DNA of 64,000 nt from an uncultured Gemmatimonadales bacterium (GTDB lineage Bacteria; Gemmatimonadota; Gemmatimonadetes; Longimicrobiales; Longimicrobiaceae): NCBI GenBank assembly GCA_963716255.1, contig OY970303.1, forward strand, positions 6,272,001 to 6,336,000, read 5' to 3'. Within the stretch, counting starts at the first letter, position 1, and every line of letters begins with the position of its first letter. Below the pieces are notes generated by a model. That model was not told the DNA's origin. It did no database searches and worked only from the letters and a program-made list of their open reading frames with translations. Shown piece after piece: positions 38,550-48,020 of the stretch. The position numbers and the translations under genes are program-made.

Positions 38550-41210
38550 ATGGTTGCCGACCCCAGGACCCTGATCGACAAGCTCAACCCGGCGTGCCGC
38601 GGCGCGCTGGAGAGGGCCGCCGCGGTCTGCGTCCGGCGGACCCACTACGGGGTGGAGGTGGAGCACCTGCTCGGGGAGCTGCTGGAGTCGCCGGGCGGCG
38701 ACGTGCCCGCCGTGCTGCGGCAGTACGACGTGGACCCCGCCGCCGCGCTGGCGGAGCTGGCGGCGGCCACCGAGCGCTTCCAGCGCGGCAACGGCCGCAC
38801 CCCGGCGCTGTCGCCGCACCTGCTGCGGTGGCTGGAGCGGGGGTGGCTGGTCGCCTCGCTCCGGCTGGGGGAGGACGCGGTGCGCCCGGGGGCGCTCCTC
38901 CTGGCGCTGCTGGACGACGACCTGCTCCGCGCCGCCGCCCTGGAGGCCGCCCCCGCGCTGGGGCGCATCCCCCGAGACTCGCTCCGCGACAGCCTGCGCG
39001 ACCTGCTCGGCGCCCCCGCCGCTCCCGCGTCCCCCCACCGCGCCCCGCTCGCCGCCGCGCCGCTCCACGACGGCCCCTCTCCCTCCGCCGCCACCCCCGC
39101 GCTCGACCGCTACACCGTGGACCTCACCGCCCTCGCGCGGGCGGGCGGGATCGACCCGGTCCGCGGGCGCGACGGCGAGATCCGGCAGGTCGTGGACATC
39201 CTCATGCGCCGCCGCCAGAACAACCCCATCCTCACCGGCGAGGCCGGGGTGGGGAAGACGGCCGTGGTGGAGGGCTTCGCGACCCGCGTGGCGGAGGGGA
39301 GCGTCCCTCCGGCCCTGCAGGGCGCGGCCGTGCGGGCGCTGGACCTGGGCGCGCTCCAGGCCGGCGCCGGGGTGCGCGGCGAGTTCGAGAGCCGCCTCCG
39401 CGCCGTGATCGACGAGGTGCGCGCCTCCCCGGGCGCGGTGATCCTGTTCATCGACGAGGCGCACACGCTGATCGGCGCGGGCGGCGCGGAGGGGCAGGGC
39501 GACGCCGCCAACCTCCTCAAGCCCGCCCTGGCCCGCGGCGAGCTGCGCACCGTCGCCGCGACCACCTGGTCCGAGTACAAGCGCCACATCGAAAAGGACC
39601 CCGCCCTCGCCCGCCGCTTCCAGACGGTGCGCGTGGACGAACCGGACGAGGCGACGGCCGTGGACATGCTCCGCGGCGTCGCCGCGCAGCTGGAGCGGCA
39701 CCACGGCGTGCGCGTGCTGGACGAGGCGGTGCGCGACGCGGTGCGCCTTTCCCACCGGCACATGCCCGGCCGCCAGCTCCCCGACAAGGCCATCAGCGTG
39801 CTGGACACCGCCTGCGCCCGCGTCGCGGTGGCGCAGCACGGCGCCCCGGTGGCGGTGGAGGCGGCCGGGCGGCGGATGGAGCAGGCCGCCCTGGAGCTGG
39901 GGATCCTGCGCCGCGAGGCCGCCGCCGGCGCCGACCACGCCGCCCGCCTGGCCGCGCTGGAGGACGAGCTGGACGCCGCCCGCGCCGAGCGCGCCGCGCT
40001 GGAGGATCGCTGGCGCGCCGAGCTGGAGCGCGTGCGCGAGATCGTCCGGCTGCGCGCGGAGGCGGAGGAAGACGGCGACGCCGGCGGGCGCCTGGGGCGC
40101 GAGGTCGCCGCGCTGGAGGCGGACCTGGAAGCGCTCCAGGGCGAGGAGCCGCTGGTCCCCTCCTGCGTGGACTCGCGGGTGGTGGCGTCGGTGATCTCCG
40201 GGTGGACGGGGATCCCGCTGGGCAAGATCCTCAAGGACGAGATCCGCACCGTGCTGGGGCTGCGCCACCGCATGGCGGACCGGGTGATCGGGCAGCCGGA
40301 GGCGCTGGACACCATCGCCCGGCGCATCCGGACCTTCCGCGCCTCGCTGGACGACCCCGGCAAGCCGATGGGCGTGTTCCTGCTGGTGGGGCCCAGCGGG
40401 GTGGGGAAGACGGAGACCGCGCTCACCCTGGCCGACCACCTGTACGGCGGCGAGCGCAACCTGGTGACCGTCAACATGTCCGAGTACCAGGAGGCGCACA
40501 CCGTGTCCGCGCTCAAGGGCGCGCCCCCGGGCTACGTGGGGTTCGGCCGCGGCGGCATCCTCACCGAGGCGGTGCGGCGGCGACCGTACAGCGTGGTGCT
40601 GCTGGACGAAGTGGAGAAGGCCCACCCCGACGTGCTGGAGCTCTTCTACCAGGTGTTCGACAAGGGGAGGATGGAGGACGGCGAGGGCGTGTCCGTGGAC
40701 TTTCGCAACACGCTCATCCTGCTCACCTCCAACGTGGGCTCGGAGACGGTGCTGGACGCCTGCCGCGGCGCCCGCCCCCAGCCGGAGGCGCTGGAGGAGG
40801 CGATCCGCCCCGAGCTGCTGCGCTGCTTCCGCCCCGCCTTCCTGGGCCGGCTCACCGTGGTCCCCTACTTCCCGCTCGCCGACGCCGAGATCCGCGAGAT
40901 CGTGGAGCTCAAGCTGGCCGAGGTGCAGCGCCGCTTCTGGGAGAGCCACGGCGCCGAGCTGACCTACGACGACGCCGTGGTGGAAACGGTGGCGCGCCGC
41001 TGCACCGAGACCGACGCCGGCGCCCGCAACGTGGACCACATCGTCACCCACTCCGTCCTCCCGGAGCTTTCCACGCTGGTGCTGGAGCGCATGTCCCGCG
41101 GCCAGGCCGCCGCCGCCGTGCACCTGTCGCTGGGCGCCATGGGCGGCTTCGCGTACCGGGTGGCCGATCCCGCCCCGCTGCGCCTCCTCCCGCTGCCGGT
41201 GCCCGCGTGA
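38550..41210 (+). CDS. tssH: T6SS ATPase ClpV/TssH
   Basis: LIDKLNP N-terminus; RRRQNNPILTGEAGVGKT; GPSGVGKT; PPGYVG; T6SS context. Confidence 0.95.
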   Translation: MVADPRTLIDKLNPACRGALERAAAVCVRRTHYGVEVEHLLGELLESPGGDVPAVLRQYDVDPAAALAELAAATERFQRGNGRTPALSPHLLRWLERGWLVASLRLGEDAVRPGALLLALLDDDLLRAAALEAAPALGRIPRDSLRDSLRDLLGAPAAPASPHRAPLAAAPLHDGPSPSAATPALDRYTVDLTALARAGGIDPVRGRDGEIRQVVDILMRRRQNNPILTGEAGVGKTAVVEGFATRVAEGSVPPALQGAAVRALDLGALQAGAGVRGEFESRLRAVIDEVRASPGAVILFIDEAHTLIGAGGAEGQGDAANLLKPALARGELRTVAATTWSEYKRHIEKDPALARRFQTVRVDEPDEATAVDMLRGVAAQLERHHGVRVLDEAVRDAVRLSHRHMPGRQLPDKAISVLDTACARVAVAQHGAPVAVEAAGRRMEQAALELGILRREAAAGADHAARLAALEDELDAARAERAALEDRWRAELERVREIVRLRAEAEEDGDAGGRLGREVAALEADLEALQGEEPLVPSCVDSRVVASVISGWTGIPLGKILKDEIRTVLGLRHRMADRVIGQPEALDTIARRIRTFRASLDDPGKPMGVFLLVGPSGVGKTETALTLADHLYGGERNLVTVNMSEYQEAHTVSALKGAPPGYVGFGRGGILTEAVRRRPYSVVLLDEVEKAHPDVLELFYQVFDKGRMEDGEGVSVDFRNTLILLTSNVGSETVLDACRGARPQPEALEEAIRPELLRCFRPAFLGRLTVVPYFPLADAEIREIVELKLAEVQRRFWESHGAELTYDDAVVETVARRCTETDAGARNVDHIVTHSVLPELSTLVLERMSRGQAAAAVHLSLGAMGGFAYRVADPAPLRLLPLPVPA

Positions 41211-43234
41211 CGCTCGCGCAGACCGCCCACCGGATCACCGTCGCCTCGCCGCTGGGCGAGGACGTGCTGGTCGTGCGCGACTTCCACGGCGAGGAGCGCG
41301 TCTCCGGGCTCTTCCACTTCTCGGTGAGCATGGTGTCCGAGGACGCCGCGCTCTCCTTCGACGACGTGGTGGGGCAGGGGCTCACCGTGGCGCTGGAGCT
41401 GGCGGACGGCACCAGCCGGTACTTCCACGGCCTCGTCACCCGCTTCTCGCAGGCCGGCGGCTATGGACGGACCACGGTGTACCACGCCGAGCTGCGCCCC
41501 TGGCTGTGGATGCTCACCCTCACCGCCGACTGCCGCATCTGGCAGGCGCAGACGACCCCGCAGATCCTGGAGGCGCTCTTCGGCGAGCTTGGCTTCACCG
41601 ACTTCCGCAACGCGCTCACCGGCACCTACACGGCGCGCGACTACTGCGTGCAGTACCGGGAAACGGCCTTCGCCTTCGTGTCGCGGCTGATGGAGGAGGA
41701 GGGGATCTTCTACTTCTTCGAGCACGCCGAGGGGACGCACACCCTGGTGCTCGCCGACGACGCCGACGCCCACGCCGCCTGCCCCGGGCTGGCCACCGCG
41801 CACGTCCGCCAGACCGCGACCACCGCCGAGTACGAGGACGTGGTCACCCGCTGCACCCTGGAGCGCCGGGTGACCACCGGCAAGGTGTCGCTGGACGACT
41901 ACAGCTTCGAGACCCCGGCCACCGACCTGGTGGTGACGGTGGAGGGGAGCGCGGGGACGCTGCGGGTCTACGACTACCCGGGCGGCTTCGCGCAGACGTC
42001 GGACGGGGAGCGCCTGGCCAAGCTGCGCATCGAGGCGTGCGAGGTGCCGGCGAAGACGCTGCGCGGCGACAGCTACTGCCGCGCCTTCACCGCCGGCTAC
42101 AAGTTCACGCTGGAGGGGCACGACCGCGAGGACGCAAACGCCGCGTACGTGCTGCGCTCCGTTTCCCACTCGGGGACGCAGGACGGCTACTCCAACTCCT
42201 TCGAGGCCTTTCCCGCCGACGTCCCCTACCGCCCGGCCCGCGTCACCCCCAGGCCCTTCATCCCCGGCGCGCAGACGGCGGTGGTGGTGGGCAAGAGCGG
42301 CGAGGAGATCTGGACCGATTCGTACGGGCGGGTCAAGGTGCAGTTCCACTGGGACCAGAAGGGCACCAGCGACGAGAACTCGTCGTGCTGGATCCGGGTT
42401 TCGCAGGGGTGGGCGGGGAAGGGGTGGGGCGCCTTCTTCCTGCCGCGCATGGGGCAGGAGGTGCTGATCTCCTTCCTGGAGGGCGACCCGGACCGCCCCA
42501 TCGTCAGCGGGTGCGTGTACAACGCGACCATGACCGTGCCCTACGCCCTCCCCGCCGACCAGACCAGGAGCACCCTCAAGGGAAAGTCGTCCAAGGCGGG
42601 GGAGGAGTCCAACGAGCTGCGCTTCGAGGACCTCAAGGACTCGGAGGAGGTCTACATGCGCGCCGCCAAGGACCTCACCGTCTCGGTCAAGAACGCCCGC
42701 ACTACGACGATCGAGGAAGCGGACGATACTCTCACGGTGAGCAAGGGCAAGCGCACCGTCACCGTCAGCGAGGGAAACGAGTCGCTCACGGTCACCAAGG
42801 GGACGCGCACCGTCACCGTGGGCGAGGGCGACGAGACGCTGACGGTGAGCAAGGGCAAGCGCACCGTCACCGTCACCGAGGGCGACGAGGCGCACACCGT
42901 CACGGCGGGAAAGCGCGACGTCACGGTGGGCGGCGACGAGACGCACACCAACGACGCCAAGTTCACCCACACCACCGGCGGCGCCTACACCCTCAAGGTC
43001 ACGGGCGACCTGGTGATTGAGGCCACCGGCAACATCACCCTCAAGGCCGGGCAGGGGCTCACCCTCAAGGCGGGGACGGCGCTGTCGGCGGAGGGGCTGA
43101 GCATCTCGCAGAAGGCGAGCACCAGCGTCGCCATCGAGGCCGGCACTACCTTCGAGGTGAAGGGGAGCGCCATGGGCACGGTGGACGGCGGCGGGATGCT
43201 GACGGTCAAGGGCGGCCTGGTGAAGCTGAACTGA
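41207..43234 (+). CDS. tssI: T6SS spike protein VgrG
   Basis: GTG start overlapping the tssH stop; YCVQYRET..FVSRLMEEEGI, GRVKVQFHWD, SSCWIRVSQ, GDPDRP; beta-helix repeats. Confidence 0.95.
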   Translation: MTLAQTAHRITVASPLGEDVLVVRDFHGEERVSGLFHFSVSMVSEDAALSFDDVVGQGLTVALELADGTSRYFHGLVTRFSQAGGYGRTTVYHAELRPWLWMLTLTADCRIWQAQTTPQILEALFGELGFTDFRNALTGTYTARDYCVQYRETAFAFVSRLMEEEGIFYFFEHAEGTHTLVLADDADAHAACPGLATAHVRQTATTAEYEDVVTRCTLERRVTTGKVSLDDYSFETPATDLVVTVEGSAGTLRVYDYPGGFAQTSDGERLAKLRIEACEVPAKTLRGDSYCRAFTAGYKFTLEGHDREDANAAYVLRSVSHSGTQDGYSNSFEAFPADVPYRPARVTPRPFIPGAQTAVVVGKSGEEIWTDSYGRVKVQFHWDQKGTSDENSSCWIRVSQGWAGKGWGAFFLPRMGQEVLISFLEGDPDRPIVSGCVYNATMTVPYALPADQTRSTLKGKSSKAGEESNELRFEDLKDSEEVYMRAAKDLTVSVKNARTTTIEEADDTLTVSKGKRTVTVSEGNESLTVTKGTRTVTVGEGDETLTVSKGKRTVTVTEGDEAHTVTAGKRDVTVGGDETHTNDAKFTHTTGGAYTLKVTGDLVIEATGNITLKAGQGLTLKAGTALSAEGLSISQKASTSVAIEAGTTFEVKGSAMGTVDGGGMLTVKGGLVKLN

Positions 43235-43235
43235 C

Positions 43236-43913
43236 GTGGCCGACGCCGTGGAGCAGGTCGTCACCGACGACGAGGGAAGGGTCCTCCAGCGATCCTGGAT
43301 GCGCGACGGCCAGCCGCACGGCGAGACCGTGGCCTACGGCCCCGCGGGCGAGGTCCGCTCCCGCGCCGAGTTCAGCGGCGGAAAGCTCCACGGGCGGGTG
43401 GTCACCTACGCCGAGGACGGCGGCGAGCTGCTGCGCGCCGAGTACCGGGCCGGCGAGCGCGACGGCGACAGCACGGTGTACGCCGACGGCCGCGTGCAGA
43501 TGGTGATGCCCTACGCCGCGGGCGTGCTGGAGGGCGAGGCGCAGGCCTTCCACCCCGGCGGCGAGGTGTCCGCCCGGCTCCCCTACGCCGGCGGAAAGCT
43601 GAACGGCGAGGCGGCCTGGTTCGACGCCGCCGGCCGCGTCCTGCGCCGCGTCACCTACGTCGCCGACCGCCCCGAGGGCCCCGCCCGCGAGTACTTTCCC
43701 GGCGGCCAGGTGCGGGAAGCCTCCACCTACGTGGCCGGGCTGCTGGACGGCGAGGTGGTCACCTTCGACGAGGCCGGCGCCGTGGTGGCGACCCAGCGCT
43801 TCCGCGAGGGCAAGCCGCTGGACGATCCCGCCGGCGGCGCGAAGGGTGGCGGCGCGGCGGAGCGGGCCGGGATGCTGGCGAAGGCGCTCAAGACGATCCG
43901 GGGAGGCAAGTAG
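43236..43913 (+). CDS. MORN-variant repeat protein (YwqK-like)
   Basis: About seven repeats of Y/F.xG.L.G....Y...G. Confidence 0.8.
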   Translation: MADAVEQVVTDDEGRVLQRSWMRDGQPHGETVAYGPAGEVRSRAEFSGGKLHGRVVTYAEDGGELLRAEYRAGERDGDSTVYADGRVQMVMPYAAGVLEGEAQAFHPGGEVSARLPYAGGKLNGEAAWFDAAGRVLRRVTYVADRPEGPAREYFPGGQVREASTYVAGLLDGEVVTFDEAGAVVATQRFREGKPLDDPAGGAKGGGAAERAGMLAKALKTIRGGK

Positions 43914-43914
43914 C

Positions 43915-44304
<390 letters not shown>

Positions 44305-44329
44305 CTCCCCACCCCGGAGACCGCGTGCG

Positions 44330-44860
44330 ATGAGCGCCTACACCTTTTCGCTCGACCGCAGGAGCCTGGCGACCGTGGTCGCCGGCCTGTGCGCCGTGGG
44401 CGTCCTCCTCTTCTTCACCGGCGTGCTGGTGGGGGTGGGCGCGAGCCTCCCCGGGGACGCCGCCGCGGCGCGGGAGCTCCCCGGCGCCCTCGCCTCCGCC
44501 GACGAGCCGCCGGGCGAGGCGGACGCGGAGGGCCCCGCGGACGAGGTGGCGCGGCCGGCGGCCGACGGGCCCGCCGCGGAGGGCGGCACCGGCGGCCCGG
44601 AGGGCGAGGAGCCGCTGTACGCGGTGCAGGTGGCGGAGTTCGCCCGCGAGGAGCCCGCGCTGGCGATGCTGGAGCGGCTGGGGACCCGCGGCTACGAGGC
44701 GTACCTGGTCTCCGGCTACGACGCGGAGTGGCGGCTGCGCATGCAGGTGCGCTTCGGCGCGTACGACGACGCGGACCGGGCGCGCCTGGCGGCGGACGAG
44801 GTGTCGGCGCGGGAGGGGATCGCCGCCACCGTCGTCCCCGCCGAGGAGCTGGTCCCCTGA
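44330..44860 (+). CDS. Membrane-anchored SPOR-domain protein
   Basis: N-terminal TM, acidic linker, YAVQVAEF...GYEAY...VRFGAY SPOR pattern. Confidence 0.8.
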   Translation: MSAYTFSLDRRSLATVVAGLCAVGVLLFFTGVLVGVGASLPGDAAAARELPGALASADEPPGEADAEGPADEVARPAADGPAAEGGTGGPEGEEPLYAVQVAEFAREEPALAMLERLGTRGYEAYLVSGYDAEWRLRMQVRFGAYDDADRARLAADEVSAREGIAATVVPAEELVP

Positions 44861-45297
44861 GGCGCCGCGCCCTCGCCGCCCTGTGCGCCCTGGCGCTGCT
44901 CGCCGCCGGGAGCTGCCGGCCGGCGGTGAAGACCGGGTCCATGGCGGTGTACGCCGCGCCGGAGGCCAACAACACCAGCCCGGTGCCGGTGGAACTGGTG
45001 GTGGCCTACGACGACGAGCTGGTCAAGGTGCTCGCGGGGATGACGGCGCGCGACTGGTTCCGGCAGCGGGCGCAGCTGCGCCAGGACAACCCGCGCGGGC
45101 TGCGCACCCTGGCCTGGGAGTTCGTCCCCGGGCAGAGCGTTCCCCTGCAGCCGCTGCGGGTCCGCCGCAAGAAGGCCAAGGGCGCCTTCGTCTTCGCCGA
45201 CTTCTACGCGCCGGGCGACCACCGCGTGCGGGTGGACCCCTTCAAGCGAATCCTGCTCACCCTCCGCGAGGATGGCTTTTCCGTTGACCCTACCTGA
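44857..45297 (+). CDS. tssJ: TssJ-like T6SS lipoprotein (probable CTG start)
   Basis: GAGGAG RBS, CTGA overlap, signal peptide ending AGSC, ANNTSPVPVELV and VFADF; directly upstream of tssK. Confidence 0.65.
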   Translation: MRRRALAALCALALLAAGSCRPAVKTGSMAVYAAPEANNTSPVPVELVVAYDDELVKVLAGMTARDWFRQRAQLRQDNPRGLRTLAWEFVPGQSVPLQPLRVRRKKAKGAFVFADFYAPGDHRVRVDPFKRILLTLREDGFSVDPT

Positions 45298-45321
45298 CGC
45301 CGTGCCCGCCGGGGCGCCCTC

Positions 45322-46659
45322 ATGATCCCCGGACACCAGGTGCCGGACGGAGTGCAGTGGCACGAGGGGATGCTCCTCGCGCCGCAGCACTTCCAGCTCG
45401 CCGCCACGCGCTCCGAGGAGCTGCTCGGCTACCACGTGCGGGCCGCATCCCCCTTCCACTGGGGGATCCGGCGGCTGCGGCTGGACCCGGTGCTCCTGTC
45501 CAGCGGGACGCTGCGGGTGACGGAGCTGGAGGCGGTGATGCCGGACGGGCTGCTGGTGGTGCACGGCCCCGGGCGGGAGGGGGTGCTGGAGGCGGAGCTG
45601 GGACTGTACGCGGAGGAGGCGCGCCGCGCGCCGCTCACCGTGCACCTGGCGGTCCCCGCCCGCCGCCGCGAGGGCGAGCCCTTTGCCGGGAGCCTGGCGC
45701 GCTACGAGTCGTACGAGGGGCGCGAGGTGGCGGACGAGAACACCGGGGAGGCCGCGCTCGCCGTGCCGCGGCTGCGGCCCCGCGCCGCGCTGCTGGTGAC
45801 GCAGACGCCGCCGGACAAGTACGTCAGCTTCCCGCTGGCGCGCGTCGCCTTCGCGGACGAGTCGTTCGCCCTCGCCGACTTCGTCCCGCCGCAGCTGGGG
45901 GTGTCCCCGGCGTCGGCCCTGGGCGACGAGTGCGCCCGGCTGGCCCGCCGCGTCCGCGAGAAGGCCGTGTACCTGTGCGACAAGGTGCGCGCCAACGCCT
46001 CCGGCACCCGCAGCGCCGCCGCCGCCGAGATGCAGCTGGCGGTGCAGGCGATGACCGCGGAGCTGCCGCGCCTGGAGGCGCTGCTCGCCACCGGCGTGTC
46101 GCACCCGCTGGACGTGTACCTGACGCTCTGCTCGCTGGCCGGGCGGCTGGGCCCGCTGGGGATGGTGGTGCCCCCGGTGTTCCGCGCGTACGACCACGAC
46201 GACCTGCGCGCCGCCTTCGCGCCGGTGCTGGAGTTCTGCGGGCGGATGCTGGACGCGGTGCAGGAGACCTACACCGCCACGCCCTTCCACTTCGACCAGG
46301 GCGCCTTCGGCCTGGCGCTGCGCCCCGAGTGGATGGCCCGCACCCTGGTGGTGGGCGTGGTCCCGCAGACGGGGATGTCCGAGGCGGACGCCGCCGCCTG
46401 GTTCGAGGAAACGCGCATCGCCTCGCGCGGCCGCATGCAGTCGGTGCGCGAGCGCCGCATCCGCGGCGCGGAGCGCAAGCGCATCGACACGGTGGGCGAC
46501 CTGGGGCTGGTGGGGGGCAAGGGGACGGTGCTCTTCGCCATCCGCGTGGAGCCCGACCTGATCGACGCCGACGACGTCCTCCAGGTGGCCCACCCCGCGG
46601 AGCACACCGGCCGCGCCCGCCCCCGCGAGATGCTGCTGTACACGCGCAGCAGGATGTAA
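45322..46659 (+). CDS. tssK: T6SS baseplate subunit TssK
   Basis: VQWHEGMLLAPQHFQ, YDHDDL. Confidence 0.92.
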   Translation: MIPGHQVPDGVQWHEGMLLAPQHFQLAATRSEELLGYHVRAASPFHWGIRRLRLDPVLLSSGTLRVTELEAVMPDGLLVVHGPGREGVLEAELGLYAEEARRAPLTVHLAVPARRREGEPFAGSLARYESYEGREVADENTGEAALAVPRLRPRAALLVTQTPPDKYVSFPLARVAFADESFALADFVPPQLGVSPASALGDECARLARRVREKAVYLCDKVRANASGTRSAAAAEMQLAVQAMTAELPRLEALLATGVSHPLDVYLTLCSLAGRLGPLGMVVPPVFRAYDHDDLRAAFAPVLEFCGRMLDAVQETYTATPFHFDQGAFGLALRPEWMARTLVVGVVPQTGMSEADAAAWFEETRIASRGRMQSVRERRIRGAERKRIDTVGDLGLVGGKGTVLFAIRVEPDLIDADDVLQVAHPAEHTGRARPREMLLYTRSRM

Positions 46660-46759
46660 GGGACGGCAAGGGAACGGGGAACAGCCGGCAAACGGCGACG
46701 GCGGAGCTCAACCTCCGGTCCCTTGCTCCCGATGCTGGAACAGTGGGGAGAACGACGGA

Positions 46760-47004
46760 GCGCTCCGGCAGGCTCCGTGTTCGGGGTCGGCCGGGTGAGG
46801 CTCCTCCGGCAGTGCGACACCCGAAGGGACTCGCAGAGCACTCGCCCACCGACGGAGCGAGGGCGGGATCACGCTGGCTTCGCTGCCTGCGGACCCTCTC
46901 CCGACCTCCCGGCGCAGATCCCAGGAACGGCAACAGCCGTGTCGTCGCAGTGCTCCCCCTCTCCCGCTTGCGGGGGCGGGGGGCGGGGGGCGGGGGGAGG
47001 GGGC
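46760..47004 (+). repeat. Second composite repeat module plus REP-like palindrome (within the T6SS operon)
   Basis: Homologous to 33062-33293. Confidence 0.85.
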
Positions 47005-47011
47005 CTGTCGC

Positions 47012-47136
47012 GTGAGGGATTTCGGCCCGAAGGGGCGAGACCCCGCGCAGTTTGCGGGGGCTCGACTCCGTTGAGCAGCGTTGTTTGCTGCTCAACGGAG
47101 CCGAAGCCCGACCCCGGCGCAGCCGGGGGCACGCCC
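47012..47136 (+). repeat. Structured intergenic repeat, copy 6 (between tssK and tssL)
   Basis: Matches the scaffold. Confidence 0.95.
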
Positions 47137-47228
47137 GAGCCCGCGGTCGCCGTCGCCGTCCAGCCGTAAAAAAGCAGTTCGCTTCGAGACAGCACCTACG
47201 CTACACCCGCAGCCCGAAGACTCCAGGA

Positions 47229-48020
47229 ATGAGCTCCGCCACCGCGACCAGGACAGAAGACGCGTTCCTCCAGGAAAGGTTCCGGGAGTTCTACGCCGAC
47301 GTCGCCCGCCTGAAGCGCGCCGTGCTCGCCGACCCGTGGGGGATCGGCGCGCGCAGGGACGCCGGGGCCGAGGCGGGCGCGCTGGAGGGCACGGCGGTGG
47401 GGGCGGTGAGCCAGCGCCTGCTGGAGCTGCTGGAGCGGCAGGCGCGCGAAGCGGGGCGGAGGGGCGGGGAGCCGGGCGCGGCCTTCTACCGCGAGGCGCA
47501 GTACGTCATGGCGGCGCTCGCGGACGAGGTGTTCCTGAACATGGAGTGGGCGGGCAAGGAGGCGTGGGAGTCCAACCTGCTGGAGGCGCGCCTCTTCGAC
47601 TCGCACATGGCGGGCGAGCTGTTCTTCCGGCGGCTGGACGTGCTCCTCAAGGACCGCGACGCGGTGTACCGCGACGTGGCGGCCGTCTACCTGATGGCGC
47701 TCTGCCTGGGCTTCGAGGGCAAGTACCGGGGGACGCGCCAGCGCGAGGAGCTGGAGGACTACCGCAGGCGCCTGTTCGCCTTCGTGTTCCGGCGGCAGCC
47801 TTCGCTGCTCAAGGGCGAGCGGCGCCTCTTCCCGCAGTCGTACGAGCACACCGTACTGGACAAGGCGGACGTGCGCCTCCCGCACACGGGGCGGTGGATG
47901 GCCGCGCTCGCCGTGGTGTCGCTCTTCTACCTGCTGGTCTCCCACGGGCTGTGGCGCGACGTGACGCTCCCGCTGCGGGAGGTCAACACCGAGATCACGC
48001 AGCTCACCGCGGAGCCATGA
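47229..48020 (+). CDS. tssL: T6SS membrane subunit TssL (DotU family)
   Basis: AQYVMAALADE, AGELFF, LCLGFEGKY, C-terminal TM. Confidence 0.9.
   Translation: MSSATATRTEDAFLQERFREFYADVARLKRAVLADPWGIGARRDAGAEAGALEGTAVGAVSQRLLELLERQAREAGRRGGEPGAAFYREAQYVMAALADEVFLNMEWAGKEAWESNLLEARLFDSHMAGELFFRRLDVLLKDRDAVYRDVAAVYLMALCLGFEGKYRGTRQREELEDYRRRLFAFVFRRQPSLLKGERRLFPQSYEHTVLDKADVRLPHTGRWMAALAVVSLFYLLVSHGLWRDVTLPLREVNTEITQLTAEP

Noticed and set aside
38426..43234. 1602-aa giant VgrG with long N-terminal extension
   Set aside because: The upstream part is an alternate frame of tssH; VgrG homology begins at the GTG at 41207
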